From: Candidatus Magasanikiibacteriota bacterium
GTDB lineage: Bacteria > Patescibacteriota > Patescibacteriia > Magasanikbacterales > UBA922
DNA length: 54,625 nt
Direction: 5' to 3'
NCBI GenBank assembly: GCA_002716765.1
Contig: PBBY01000004.1
Coordinates: forward strand, 1-54,625
Positions within the stretch are counted from its first letter, which is position 1; each line of letters starts with the position of its first letter. Positions 17,504-27,118 of this stretch are shown piece after piece. The position numbers were made by a program, and so were the translations under genes. The notes beneath the pieces were generated by a model. That model was given only the letters and a program-made list of their open reading frames with translations. It made no database searches and was not told the DNA's origin.

Positions 17504-18262
17504 TTATTTTATTACGCGTACGTTTTCTTTTACGCCAGTTGTGTCTAAAACAATTTGTATTATTAAATGAGCAAAAATTGCGATACAAATACCAATAACC
17601 GCGGCAATCATAATACCTTGACCTTTTTTAAACTTTTCCGGGTTTCCAAAAGACATAATCATGGTAAATCCACCAAATAAAAACATAACAAAAGCAATGG
17701 AACCAATAATACTTAAAATAAATTCAGAAATGTTAATACCAATACATAAATAATCATTGAGATTTCTACAATTGCCATCTACGGCGCATTGTGGTAATAA
17801 TCCTTCCACTTTTTTGCATCTGTCTACAAGTGGTTCTTGGAGTTTTTTTGCAATTTCTTTTTCTGCTGGGCCAATGCTTGCGCTTATTGTTGTGATTTCG
17901 TCAAGTGTTTTATTTAAGACTTCAACACTTTTCAAAAAATCAATATTCTGGCTTAAGTTTAAGGGGTCTACTGTTAGAACTTCTAAAATAATGTTTTCCG
18001 CCTCAGTTAACAGATCTTTTACTTTTTCAATCACAAGTTTAGCTTCTGTTTGGTAGGCAAGGTCTTTTGTACTTGCTAATAACGTTTTAGCCTCATCCAT
18101 AATTCTTTCTGAGTCTGTTAAGATACTGTCTTCGTATGATCCTTCTACAAACAAATCAGAAATTTTTTGCGCCTTTACTACAAAAGGTAAAAATAGAGCA
18201 CAAATAATACTACATATAATGGTGTGTATAAAAAAGCGGGGGAGTGTGCGAGAGTGTGTCAT
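17504..18262 (-). CDS. TrbC/VirB2-like pilin 3 with helical N-terminal extension
   Basis: C..GLLPQCA.DGNC...C then GGFTMIMSFGNPEKFKKG core. Confidence 0.85.
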   Translation of the reverse strand: MTHSRTLPRFFIHTIICSIICALFLPFVVKAQKISDLFVEGSYEDSILTDSERIMDEAKTLLASTKDLAYQTEAKLVIEKVKDLLTEAENIILEVLTVDPLNLSQNIDFLKSVEVLNKTLDEITTISASIGPAEKEIAKKLQEPLVDRCKKVEGLLPQCAVDGNCRNLNDYLCIGINISEFILSIIGSIAFVMFLFGGFTMIMSFGNPEKFKKGQGIMIAAVIGICIAIFAHLIIQIVLDTTGVKENVRVIK

Positions 18263-18271
18263 ATAGTGGTA

Positions 18272-18985
18272 TTATTTTACAGCTCTAAAACTGTCATGTG
18301 TACCAAGAGTATCTAGAATAAGATCCACAATAAGATGTGCCGAAAGTGCAACAACAATTCCTACAACGGCCAAAACCATAATACTTCTACCTTTTTTAAA
18401 CTTTTCTGGGTTTCCAAAAGACATGATCATGGTAAAACCACCAAATAAAAACATCACAAAAGCGATGGAACCAATTAATTGAAGGAGGAGTTTTGATATA
18501 TTTATTCCCATGCAAACATAATCATCGGTATCAAGACAATTACCATCCAAAGCACATTGTGGTAATAAGCCTTTAATAGCTGCACATCGGTTTGGGAGGT
18601 TGTCTGATAAGGTGTTAAAACTAGCGCTTGTTTTGGTTCTTAATGCGGTAATTTTTGTTTCAATATTAAGTTTGTTAACTTCAAGAAGATCTGCTTGTTT
18701 GGAATTATTTTTTGCAAATGTATCCCACTTTTCTGCTAATTCTAACTCTGCTTCAAATCTTTTATAGGTAGTGTTTGCTGTTTCTTTTGTGGCAAAACGA
18801 GGTATGTCTCTTGCTGCATCTTGGGCGGCTTTTAGGTGTGTGTTAGCTTGGTCTATTGCTTTTTGTATTGCCGGATCTGTTATTGCTAAAGCAGTGTACT
18901 GAATGGCAAAAAAGGCACATATACAAAGAGTGGCATAAAAGAAATAATGGATTTTTTTAAAGCGAAAATAATTGCGCGTGATCAT
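18272..18985 (-). CDS. TrbC/VirB2-like pilin 2 with helical N-terminal extension
   Basis: Paralog of pilin 3; same Cys motif and core. Confidence 0.85.
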   Translation of the reverse strand: MITRNYFRFKKIHYFFYATLCICAFFAIQYTALAITDPAIQKAIDQANTHLKAAQDAARDIPRFATKETANTTYKRFEAELELAEKWDTFAKNNSKQADLLEVNKLNIETKITALRTKTSASFNTLSDNLPNRCAAIKGLLPQCALDGNCLDTDDYVCMGINISKLLLQLIGSIAFVMFLFGGFTMIMSFGNPEKFKKGRSIMVLAVVGIVVALSAHLIVDLILDTLGTHDSFRAVK

Positions 18986-19016
18986 AAAATGGAATTACAA
19001 TAAAAAGAGTAAAAGA

Positions 19017-20396
19017 TTAATTTGTTCCTTGCATTTGGTTTGGCAGGTTTTGTATAATGTCTTCTTGTCGTTTTTGTGCAATATCTTCTGGATATTCTTC
19101 TATAATGGTGTCTAAGTATTCTTTTATTTTTGTATACGCACCGGTTGCGTCTGTGCCACGATACCAATTTTTTGCGGTAAGAATTTGCGATGCAAATGGT
19201 CCTAAAAATGGATCTTCTGATTGTGCTGCAATTTGTGATCGTAATGGCGATGGTTGATTTGTTGCTTTGGAGTATTTTTCTATATTAGCAGGTAATGTAA
19301 TAAAGCGAACAAAATCCCATGCATGATCTTTGTGTTTGGATTTTTTTACGACACTTTCTATCCAATAAGACGCAACATTGACCGGTTCGGCTTCGTTGAG
19401 TTGGGGAAGTGGAATAATTTCTAAATTCATTTGTGGTGCTCTGGCGGTTATTCTGGATTTTTCAAAAGAAAACCCAATATAAAAGACGGATTTATTTTGG
19501 ACAAATGCATCAAATGCACGTTCTTTGTCTGTGCTCCAAGAATAGACTTCTTTTGTTGGCCTGGCAAAGTCCGTATAAAAACGGGTTACTTCGTATGCTG
19601 GATCATTTTTGTTTGCGCCAGTCATGCCACGAGTAAAGGATAAATACCCTCTTTGTGCGACATCTATTCCTTTTTGCATTAATAGTGCGGCAAAAATATC
19701 TGCTGAATTGGCAATATTACTCCCGGTGCCAAGCGCAATACCAGATTGTATAATATCGCCATTATTGTTATAAATTGTTGCTTTTTTTACGGCGTCTGTT
19801 AATTCTGTCCAATTTGTTGGTGGTGTAGGAATGCCGGCACGGTCGAGTAAATCTTTGTTGTAATATACAGCCAATGTGTCTACGGCCAATGGTAGTCCAT
19901 AAACGGTGTTTCCACTAATTACATCTTCTGAGACGGTTTTTATGTAATTACTTCTTATCCATGATTTGCTTGGTAGAGGGTTTGTTTCAAAGGTAACAAC
20001 CGGTTCCTGTGTGTATTTTCCTTTTATAAAAAAGTTTGCGGTTGTGGCTGAGTCTGGCATTTTGTCTATTCTTGATCTGTATTTTTCTAATTCTTTTATG
20101 GGAACAGAAATAATATCTGGTCCAACGTCGTCTGCAAGGGCATTAACAAATAATTCATCAAATTCCTCTAATCGTACGCGGCGAATATTGACATTTACGT
20201 ATGATCTTTGTGCATTATATTCTTTTGCAAAGTTTCGTAATTGGTTTACGTCATTATAAATAGTCCAATACGATAATTTTACTGGTCTAATTGCCGCCGT
20301 TTCTTTTTCCGAAAGGCCTTTGCAGCCAACACCAGACAAAAGAAGAACGGCACAGAGAATTCCGGTGGTAATATAACGAAATAAAGATCTTTTCAT
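19017..20396 (-). CDS. Extracellular solute-binding lipoprotein (sugar ABC SBP family 1 fold)
   Basis: Lipobox-like LSGVGC; GPDI, YGLPLAVDTLAVYYNKDLL...PPTNW.EL, AWDFVRF. Confidence 0.88.
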   Translation of the reverse strand: MKRSLFRYITTGILCAVLLLSGVGCKGLSEKETAAIRPVKLSYWTIYNDVNQLRNFAKEYNAQRSYVNVNIRRVRLEEFDELFVNALADDVGPDIISVPIKELEKYRSRIDKMPDSATTANFFIKGKYTQEPVVTFETNPLPSKSWIRSNYIKTVSEDVISGNTVYGLPLAVDTLAVYYNKDLLDRAGIPTPPTNWTELTDAVKKATIYNNNGDIIQSGIALGTGSNIANSADIFAALLMQKGIDVAQRGYLSFTRGMTGANKNDPAYEVTRFYTDFARPTKEVYSWSTDKERAFDAFVQNKSVFYIGFSFEKSRITARAPQMNLEIIPLPQLNEAEPVNVASYWIESVVKKSKHKDHAWDFVRFITLPANIEKYSKATNQPSPLRSQIAAQSEDPFLGPFASQILTAKNWYRGTDATGAYTKIKEYLDTIIEEYPEDIAQKRQEDIIQNLPNQMQGTN

Positions 20397-20417
20397 ACAA
20401 AAAGGGATAAAAATACA

Positions 20418-21458
20418 TTAAAATACATTTTTGAAAATAAAGTTAACAATAATATAACTGGTTAAAATAACAATCACACCAGCCGAAGTCCAAAAAATCA
20501 TATTCATTGCTTTTTTCTCTCGCTCGGCGTTTCCGGCAGCAGTCATCCACATAATGCCAGAAAAAACAAATAATACAAGTGTAATGGAACCAATAATTTG
20601 CATAATAAGTTTTATGGCTTTTCCGATTACTTTTGCTGGATCAGACATTTGACTAACGCGGATTGTACCAAGCAGGCTTTGATATTCTTCGATAACAAGT
20701 GGTTCTTCTGTAATTTGTGTGGTAATCGGTTTGTCTGAACATTGGTCTTTAACAATAAAACAGTCTACACACCGAATCCTTCCAAATTCCTTTGTTGAGT
20801 CAAGTGCACCACAATCATTTTCCTGGGATTTGTGAGTGGCATTATTGTAAAAAAACTTTGTTTGTGAATAATTTTTACCATTAATAACAAAAGTAAAAGA
20901 TTCACACGCTTCATTTCCCTGTAAAACAAAGTTGCCACAAGTGTCGCCACTTAGCCTATTAAGATTATCGATGATTTCTTCAGTATTTGCTACATATTTT
21001 TGTAATTGTTTTTCTAGTTTCATAAAACTAGTAGCCAAGTTAATACGTTTTTCTCTTGTGTCAGAATTACTGCAATAAAGATGTGGTTGAACTCTATCAA
21101 CCAGATCCTGAATTCTTCTTGGTCGATTCGCACTGGCACTTATACTATAAGATCTACTTTTTCTTATCTTTTCCTTAATACTCTCAATTTTAGTAGAAGT
21201 GGTTTTGTCGGGTTTTTGTGTAAGAAGTGTATCATACATAGTTTCTACCTCAGCAAGTAGTGTGTTTCTCTTTTGTATTTCCTGTGTCCATTTTGTATGA
21301 GCCTTTTTTGCAAAAGACATTTCTCTTGGAGTACACTCTGGATTTTCAATCCTTTTATACCGTTCTCCCAAAGCAAAAACCGGCGTAGCACTACTTAATA
21401 AAAAAAACACTCCGATCAAAAAAGAGAAAATATATAGTATGTTTTTTCTTTTAGTCAT
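20418..21458 (-). CDS. TrbC/VirB2-like pilin 1 with large N-terminal helical plus Cys-rich domain
   Basis: Start moved to ATG 21458 (signal peptide follows); C-terminal core SGIMWMTAAGNAEREKKAM. Confidence 0.82.
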   Translation of the reverse strand: MTKRKNILYIFSFLIGVFFLLSSATPVFALGERYKRIENPECTPREMSFAKKAHTKWTQEIQKRNTLLAEVETMYDTLLTQKPDKTTSTKIESIKEKIRKSRSYSISASANRPRRIQDLVDRVQPHLYCSNSDTREKRINLATSFMKLEKQLQKYVANTEEIIDNLNRLSGDTCGNFVLQGNEACESFTFVINGKNYSQTKFFYNNATHKSQENDCGALDSTKEFGRIRCVDCFIVKDQCSDKPITTQITEEPLVIEEYQSLLGTIRVSQMSDPAKVIGKAIKLIMQIIGSITLVLFVFSGIMWMTAAGNAEREKKAMNMIFWTSAGVIVILTSYIIVNFIFKNVF

Positions 21459-21510
21459 GTGAGTGTTTTTAGTGGCACTGTTTTTTTGTGCGCACAGATT
21501 ACCGCGCAAA

Positions 21511-22356
21511 TTACAACAATCCTTGTTTTTTTGCAAAATGCATGGTGGTTTTTAATAATGCAACCTTGTTTCCGGTGTCAAAATAAATTCCTTCGTATTC
21601 ATATGCCAAAAAGTCTTGTTCTTTAGCAAGGGAGTTTGCTGCATCGGCAACCCAAATTTCTTCATCTTTTCCAAATCCCTGTGCTTCTAAATGAGGCCAA
21701 ATATCTTTGGTAAAAATATACCTCATTCCTCCAACAATAAGGCCGTTCGGGGAAACATTTTCTACGCTTGGTTTTTCTTTAAATTCTGTTACGTTGTATA
21801 ATTTGTCTTCTTCTAATTTATTGCCGTAAATATTCCCGTATTTTGTCATGTCTTCTGGGTTTTCTATCTTTTGTACCCCAATTATTGGAGTATTGTGTGA
21901 GTTAAAGACAGAAATAAGCTGAGAAATAACAGGTGTTTTTGCATCTATAATACTGTCACCGTCGGAAAAGGCAAATGAATCGTTTCCTACAAAACCTTTT
22001 GCACAAAGAAGTGCGTGGCCATTTCCCAAAGGTTCTGATTGGCGAGTATAATAGAACCGTACTTTTTTACATAAATCTACTAATGGTTGTAATCTGTTTA
22101 ATTTACCTTTCCCTTCTAAGAAATGCTCAAAGTCTTTGTTTCTGTCAAAATGATCTTCGATTGCACGTTTTTGGGAACTGGTAACAAACATGATTTCTTC
22201 TATACCACTTTCTACCATTTCTTCTACAATATATTGTACGACTGGTTTATCTAAAACGGGTAACATTTCTTTTGGCATGGCTTTTGTGGCAGGCAAAAAA
22301 CGCGTGCCAAACCCTGCAACAACAATAACTCCTTTTTTTACCGATGTGCTATTCAT
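21511..22356 (-). CDS. galU: UTP--glucose-1-phosphate uridylyltransferase
   Basis: AGFGTRFLPATKAMPKEMLP..DKP, Q.EPLGNGHA, DTGNK. Confidence 0.93.
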   Translation of the reverse strand: MNSTSVKKGVIVVAGFGTRFLPATKAMPKEMLPVLDKPVVQYIVEEMVESGIEEIMFVTSSQKRAIEDHFDRNKDFEHFLEGKGKLNRLQPLVDLCKKVRFYYTRQSEPLGNGHALLCAKGFVGNDSFAFSDGDSIIDAKTPVISQLISVFNSHNTPIIGVQKIENPEDMTKYGNIYGNKLEEDKLYNVTEFKEKPSVENVSPNGLIVGGMRYIFTKDIWPHLEAQGFGKDEEIWVADAANSLAKEQDFLAYEYEGIYFDTGNKVALLKTTMHFAKKQGLL

Positions 22357-22417
22357 AGTTCTTTTATTAGTATATCAAAAATATCGTATATTTACTATAG
22401 TGTGTCTATTAGATATA

Positions 22418-23773
22418 TCATATTTCTATGTGTTCGTCAATTTCTATTGGTGCACCAAACCGACTACCTTGTCCTTTGGGGAATCCTGGAGGAGCATCTT
22501 CGAGGAGTTGTGGGTCAAAGGTATACTGCACCGTTTGGTACCCAGAGTAAAAGTCTCCGGCATTAGTTTTGTGCTTAAGACTTGGTAAAGAAGAGGCAAT
22601 ATATGTACCAAGCAAGTGAAAAGAGTTCCTGGTATTTTTTTCTAGTGCTGGGTCATATATATTTCGAAATAATCTTGATATTGATGGAGCCATCAATACC
22701 GCTTCTATTGTCATGTTATTTGGTGAATCATAAGGAATTATTAAAAATCCCCGAGTAAATAGTCCTAAAATATGATTACCGCTATTATCCTTTTTTGTAA
22801 TAGTATCATTAAGAAAAAACCCATATCCAATATTTGGGTTCGTAAAAAACGTTGCTTTTCCGTTTATAACACCATCTATCCATACATAATTATGAACATA
22901 AATAACACCGTTTTCTGGGAAGTCGTAGTGGCCAACAAATACTTCGTTTCCAATAGTGTTACAGTAACTTCTGGAGCAGTTGTGTTGATTGCAGTGGCAT
23001 TCTCGTGATGTTACTTTATACAAGTCAAAACCACCTGTTTCTAGTAACACCACATGCCAACCAAGCCCACCATGTGGTGCAGGAATTATTAATCCTTCAT
23101 CATGTTCTGCCATTGATGATAAGGTGTTAATGGTGTCTTGTCTGAGCCCAACAAAATCAATTGGTGGAACTGGAGAATGCCATAATTCGGCAGGACCACC
23201 AGAACCCTGAATCATATTTGCTTGTATTTCTTGGTTTATAAGTATATTACATGTCAAGGTATTATTACTGTGAACACTTCCAGAAATTTGCATGTCCGAG
23301 GATAATATGCCTGGGTTCTTAATGGTAAGGATATACGGAAATGCAAAACCACCTTCTCCTTGTGTTATTTTAAAAGTTTTTTTGATGTTTGGGTAATTGT
23401 GAAGCCATCCGGTAGATTGAATGCTTGTTGCATCATTTTCGTCCTGTGTAACGGAAATAGCATAAGAGCCGATTACATTGCCGTGTGCATCGGTGTAATC
23501 ATGAACAAATGGTCCTGGAGTTCCTGGTGGATTTCCATCCCATAAATCATCTGGGTTATTGTGTAGTACCCATGAATAATACGTGGTTCCAGCTTCTGCA
23601 ATCTCACGAATTTGTGCATGTTTTGTTATTTGAGTATTGTGTCGTAACACCATTGTGCCATACGCGCTTAACCCAAGCGTAAGACTTAAAAGTAGTGCAC
23701 TACCAAAAACAAGTACTAATAATAATGACGATCCTTTTGTATTAAATCTAAGTTGTGTTAAAAGATTTTGCAT
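22418..23773 (-). CDS. PilX-like type IV minor pilin / assembly protein
   Basis: KG-SSLLLVL class III-like leader lacking E5, IAEAG motif, C-terminal Y.FDP.L....PPGFP. Confidence 0.75.
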   Translation of the reverse strand: MQNLLTQLRFNTKGSSLLLVLVFGSALLLSLTLGLSAYGTMVLRHNTQITKHAQIREIAEAGTTYYSWVLHNNPDDLWDGNPPGTPGPFVHDYTDAHGNVIGSYAISVTQDENDATSIQSTGWLHNYPNIKKTFKITQGEGGFAFPYILTIKNPGILSSDMQISGSVHSNNTLTCNILINQEIQANMIQGSGGPAELWHSPVPPIDFVGLRQDTINTLSSMAEHDEGLIIPAPHGGLGWHVVLLETGGFDLYKVTSRECHCNQHNCSRSYCNTIGNEVFVGHYDFPENGVIYVHNYVWIDGVINGKATFFTNPNIGYGFFLNDTITKKDNSGNHILGLFTRGFLIIPYDSPNNMTIEAVLMAPSISRLFRNIYDPALEKNTRNSFHLLGTYIASSLPSLKHKTNAGDFYSGYQTVQYTFDPQLLEDAPPGFPKGQGSRFGAPIEIDEHIEI

Positions 23774-23785
23774 AATATCTAGTCA

Positions 23786-24391
23786 CTATGGGAGTTGCAC
23801 AAACGTTTGATAGGTTTTTGGTTTGGGATTGCTCATATTTTTTGACTCAACAATCAGTGTTACTGTAATTAATGATATTTGTGCTATATCTATTGGTTCT
23901 TCTAGTGGGTTATCTGTGTAAACGGATTGTCCGGCAGAATAAAAAGAAAATAATCCGGTTTGTGCGTGTTCATCATTAAGAGTAGTAAAAAGTACTGTTT
24001 CTACGGCGCCAGCTTCGTTATATGAATTAGTATTTTGGTCGTATGGTGTAATAATTTTACGAAGTATGTGGTTTTCCCTTTCGTATTGTATTTTTTTAGG
24101 GAACGTATGAGGTTTCTGTAAATAATAGAATGTAAGTCTGTTTTCTGAGGCAGTGGTAAGCGCAGCCTCTCCTGTTGCCCCCGATGTTATTCGTTTTATT
24201 TCTTCGGTTATTTCTGCAACAAATCGTCTCGCGGCAAATTCTGTGTCTAAGGTGGACTCTAGTTGTGTGCTTTGTGAACTGGCTGCAATAAAAAACTGTG
24301 AAACAGTAAGTATGATAAGTGTAGAAATAGCAATGCAGAGTACTAATTCCATGAGCGTAAATCCTTTTGTGTTTTTTTGCAGTAGTGTCAT
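23786..24391 (-). CDS. PilW-like type IV minor pilin (prepilin N-terminal cleavage/methylation)
   Basis: KG-FTLMELVL. Confidence 0.85.
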   Translation of the reverse strand: MTLLQKNTKGFTLMELVLCIAISTLIILTVSQFFIAASSQSTQLESTLDTEFAARRFVAEITEEIKRITSGATGEAALTTASENRLTFYYLQKPHTFPKKIQYERENHILRKIITPYDQNTNSYNEAGAVETVLFTTLNDEHAQTGLFSFYSAGQSVYTDNPLEEPIDIAQISLITVTLIVESKNMSNPKPKTYQTFVQLP

Positions 24392-24395
24392 ATGT

Positions 24396-26180
24396 TTAGC
24401 TTTTTGTCATAAACACCTGTTCGTTCATATTTCCTTGAATCGGCATGTTTTGTTGATGCATAATATATCCTGGGGCAGTAATAGTCATGGTATATACAGC
24501 ATTATTAAGATTATTAAAAAATACTTGGCCTGGCATGGTGCAATCAGAAGTTTTTTCAAATGAAATAGCGGAAAGCGCTGGAGAAAGTGTAGAGGATGGA
24601 GTGGAAAAATGTGCAAAATACCGAAGATAGCGATGATCTGTATCTAATTGTATTCCTTGTGATGTAATATAGTATGAATTTGGTGTACCGTCTGGACCAA
24701 GGTATTCCCAATCCTGCTCTATTGGTTCATCGCTTGTTGCTAACTGCATTTTGAGACTATTGTATGGTAAAAATCGGTTTTGTATTTTTGGATTTGGCAC
24801 AATCCGAACCAATTGCTGCGCTTCTTCTCCTAAATCTACAATAGATGACTCTATGTATCCGTTTGGTATGTATGATGTTCCTGCTTTGGTAAGGCGAATA
24901 TTTCCTGGCTCGGAAAACACATCTACTGTGGCGCTGTCGTCCCAATACTTACTTGTGTTAGTAAAAAGTAATTGGTTGTTGCCACCAGACCAATCTGTTT
25001 GTGTTATGACACTTCCTGCGGTGGTGTGTTCTGTGGTTTGGTTATTTACTGTAAGAGAAACGGTAGCATTTGGAATAATAGCATTGGTTTCTTGGTCTAA
25101 AACAGAAATACGTGCAGTATGTTCGGATCCTTCGCCAATAATAATAGATAAATCATGAATGGTGCCAGGGGCAAGCGGTGTTGGGGTTGGCGGAGACGAG
25201 CCAATAATAACAAAACCAGGAACTTGCGGTATAATACGTTCGGGCAATATATTTTCAAAAAAAGCAGTACCTGTATTATCTGATAATTGTGTGGTATTAA
25301 GTAAATAAATGTCAGGTTCTGTACCAAGAAGAGTTTCTCCGGTAAGACTTATTTCGGTATTTGCTTGCGGTACGCATGCTTGGTCACGAATATGTAACCG
25401 AAGCGTGGCTTGTGCATCTATAATAACGGTTTTTTCTGTTAGCTCGCCATCCGTAATGGTAAGTGGTGGATTTGTTGGGTTGGGATTTGCTTCTGAAGCA
25501 ATAATGGATTGGGCTGTGGTAAATCCGTTTTTTGTAACAGTAAATGCGTATTCGTTTATACCAATTGGAATTTGCGGTAACAATATTTTTCCTTCGGCAT
25601 TGGTAGAATCAATAATAGAGAGTGGGGGATTGAGTGAGCGTGACGTAATATGCACTTGGGCTTGCTGAATAGGTTGGCCAGCAGTATCGCGTACTATAAT
25701 GGTAAGTGCACCAGTATTTTCTGCAAGATCTTCATTTGGTGAAAATAAATACGCAGACGCGTGCCCGGTAAGTGTACTATTGCAATTGGTGCAGTGTGTT
25801 TCTACAAATATATGTTTATAATCAGCCGGTTGTGCGTCTGGTGGATTGCTTGTAGTAGTACCGTCTGTTGGGTGGTCTATAAAACGAACGGTTCGCGTGA
25901 TAATAATTTCTTGGTTTTGGAAGGTGTGTGTCTGGGTTTTTTGTAATATTCCGGCTGGGATTCCTTCTAAAATACCAATATCACTATAATTAAGGTTTTG
26001 TATTGCTACCAAATCATTTTTTGCTACTTGTGACAGTGTGGAATGTAAACTGGTGGTTTGTATTAGTTTTGCTACCATACGAACCCCAGCAATAACACCA
26101 AAAGCAAATAATATAAAAATACTAACAGAAACGAGTATTTCTATTGTGCTAAATCCACGAGTATTATATGTGTGTTTCAT
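24396..26180 (-). CDS. PilV-like prepilin fused to carboxypeptidase-regulatory (Ig-like) domains
   Basis: RG-FSTIEILV; G.L.I.V.D..G.PI..A.V-type repeats; start placed at ATG 26180. Confidence 0.8.
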   Translation of the reverse strand: MKHTYNTRGFSTIEILVSVSIFILFAFGVIAGVRMVAKLIQTTSLHSTLSQVAKNDLVAIQNLNYSDIGILEGIPAGILQKTQTHTFQNQEIIITRTVRFIDHPTDGTTTSNPPDAQPADYKHIFVETHCTNCNSTLTGHASAYLFSPNEDLAENTGALTIIVRDTAGQPIQQAQVHITSRSLNPPLSIIDSTNAEGKILLPQIPIGINEYAFTVTKNGFTTAQSIIASEANPNPTNPPLTITDGELTEKTVIIDAQATLRLHIRDQACVPQANTEISLTGETLLGTEPDIYLLNTTQLSDNTGTAFFENILPERIIPQVPGFVIIGSSPPTPTPLAPGTIHDLSIIIGEGSEHTARISVLDQETNAIIPNATVSLTVNNQTTEHTTAGSVITQTDWSGGNNQLLFTNTSKYWDDSATVDVFSEPGNIRLTKAGTSYIPNGYIESSIVDLGEEAQQLVRIVPNPKIQNRFLPYNSLKMQLATSDEPIEQDWEYLGPDGTPNSYYITSQGIQLDTDHRYLRYFAHFSTPSSTLSPALSAISFEKTSDCTMPGQVFFNNLNNAVYTMTITAPGYIMHQQNMPIQGNMNEQVFMTKS

Positions 26181-26301
26181 GAGAGTAAAAACCAAAAAAA
26201 CAAGACGTGGTTCGTCTTGCGTAGTATAGCATAAAAATATATTTCTAGCATTGCATATGTCGAAGATTTTTTTGTTGTATTACCTGTTCGTTCAACAATA
26301 A

Positions 26302-26769
26302 CTACGCTTCTATTGTTTGTGTTATGAGTTGGTCTACCATGTTTCGTGCTTTTTCTTCTGCATCATTGGTAGAAAGGTGTGGTTGCGTTGTTTGTATGTC
26401 TATAGTTTGTGCACGAATCAACTCTTCTTTCATGGATAACAATTCATTTCTGTATGCTGCAATCCGTTCTTTTAGTTTCTCTACTTGCTCTTCATCTTGT
26501 TGCACCGAACCTGCATCATTTGTTTGTGTTGTGGCAAGTTGTAACTGGGTGCGCAGTTGTTTTATGAGTTTTTTGACTTGTGCAATGTGTACTAAAATAT
26601 TCTTCATCATGGATTTGCTTGTTTTCATTTCCTTTACCAAATAATCTGCACGTTCTAATGTGGCAGCAGCACGTTCTTCTGGGCTTAGTTCCTGTTCTTT
26701 CGTTTCTTTTTTTTCTGCATCACTCTCACGTGATTCAAAGGATGGTTTTTTTTCAAATGTGTCGGACAT
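26302..26769 (-). CDS. Hypothetical coiled-coil protein
   Basis: 155-aa charged helical ORF, ATG start. Confidence 0.65.
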   Translation of the reverse strand: MSDTFEKKPSFESRESDAEKKETKEQELSPEERAAATLERADYLVKEMKTSKSMMKNILVHIAQVKKLIKQLRTQLQLATTQTNDAGSVQQDEEQVEKLKERIAAYRNELLSMKEELIRAQTIDIQTTQPHLSTNDAEEKARNMVDQLITQTIEA

Positions 26770-26848
26770 ACTATATAAAAAATAAATACAATAACTTTCT
26801 TATTGTAACACGATGCTACTTAGGCTGTATAGTAATGTGGAGAAAATA

Positions 26849-26876
26849 AAAAAACTCTTTTTATAAGAGTTTTTTT
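26849..26876. terminator. Terminator after rpsR
   Basis: AAAAAAACTCTT-TTTAT-AAGAGTTTTTT. Confidence 0.65.
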
Positions 26877-26882
26877 AGGTTT

Positions 26883-27098
26883 TTATTTTGGGACAAATGG
26901 AATAAGTCCGGCGATTCGTGCTTTTTTTATGGCTTTTGCCACCTTTCTTTGGTATTTTGCCGAAAGACCACTTCTTCTTCGTGGGCGGATTTTTCCATAT
27001 GAAGAAAGGAATCTTCGTAACACATCAACGTCTTGAAAGTCGACGGTAGGAATGTTGTTTGCCTTAAAAAAACACTTTCGTTGTCGTTTCTTTTGCAT
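26883..27098 (-). CDS. rpsR: 30S ribosomal protein S18
   Basis: VDFQDVDVLRRF.S..GKI.PRR.SG..AK.QR.VA.AIK.AR...L.PF. Confidence 0.97.
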   Translation of the reverse strand: MQKKRQRKCFFKANNIPTVDFQDVDVLRRFLSSYGKIRPRRRSGLSAKYQRKVAKAIKKARIAGLIPFVPK

Positions 27099-27118
27099 AA
27101 TATTTAGTAAATGTATGG

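Noticed and set aside
9763-21458. Conjugative element / ICE or shufflon
   Set aside because: No relaxase, coupling protein, VirB4, integrase or invertase; all genes are co-oriented and flanked by housekeeping genes
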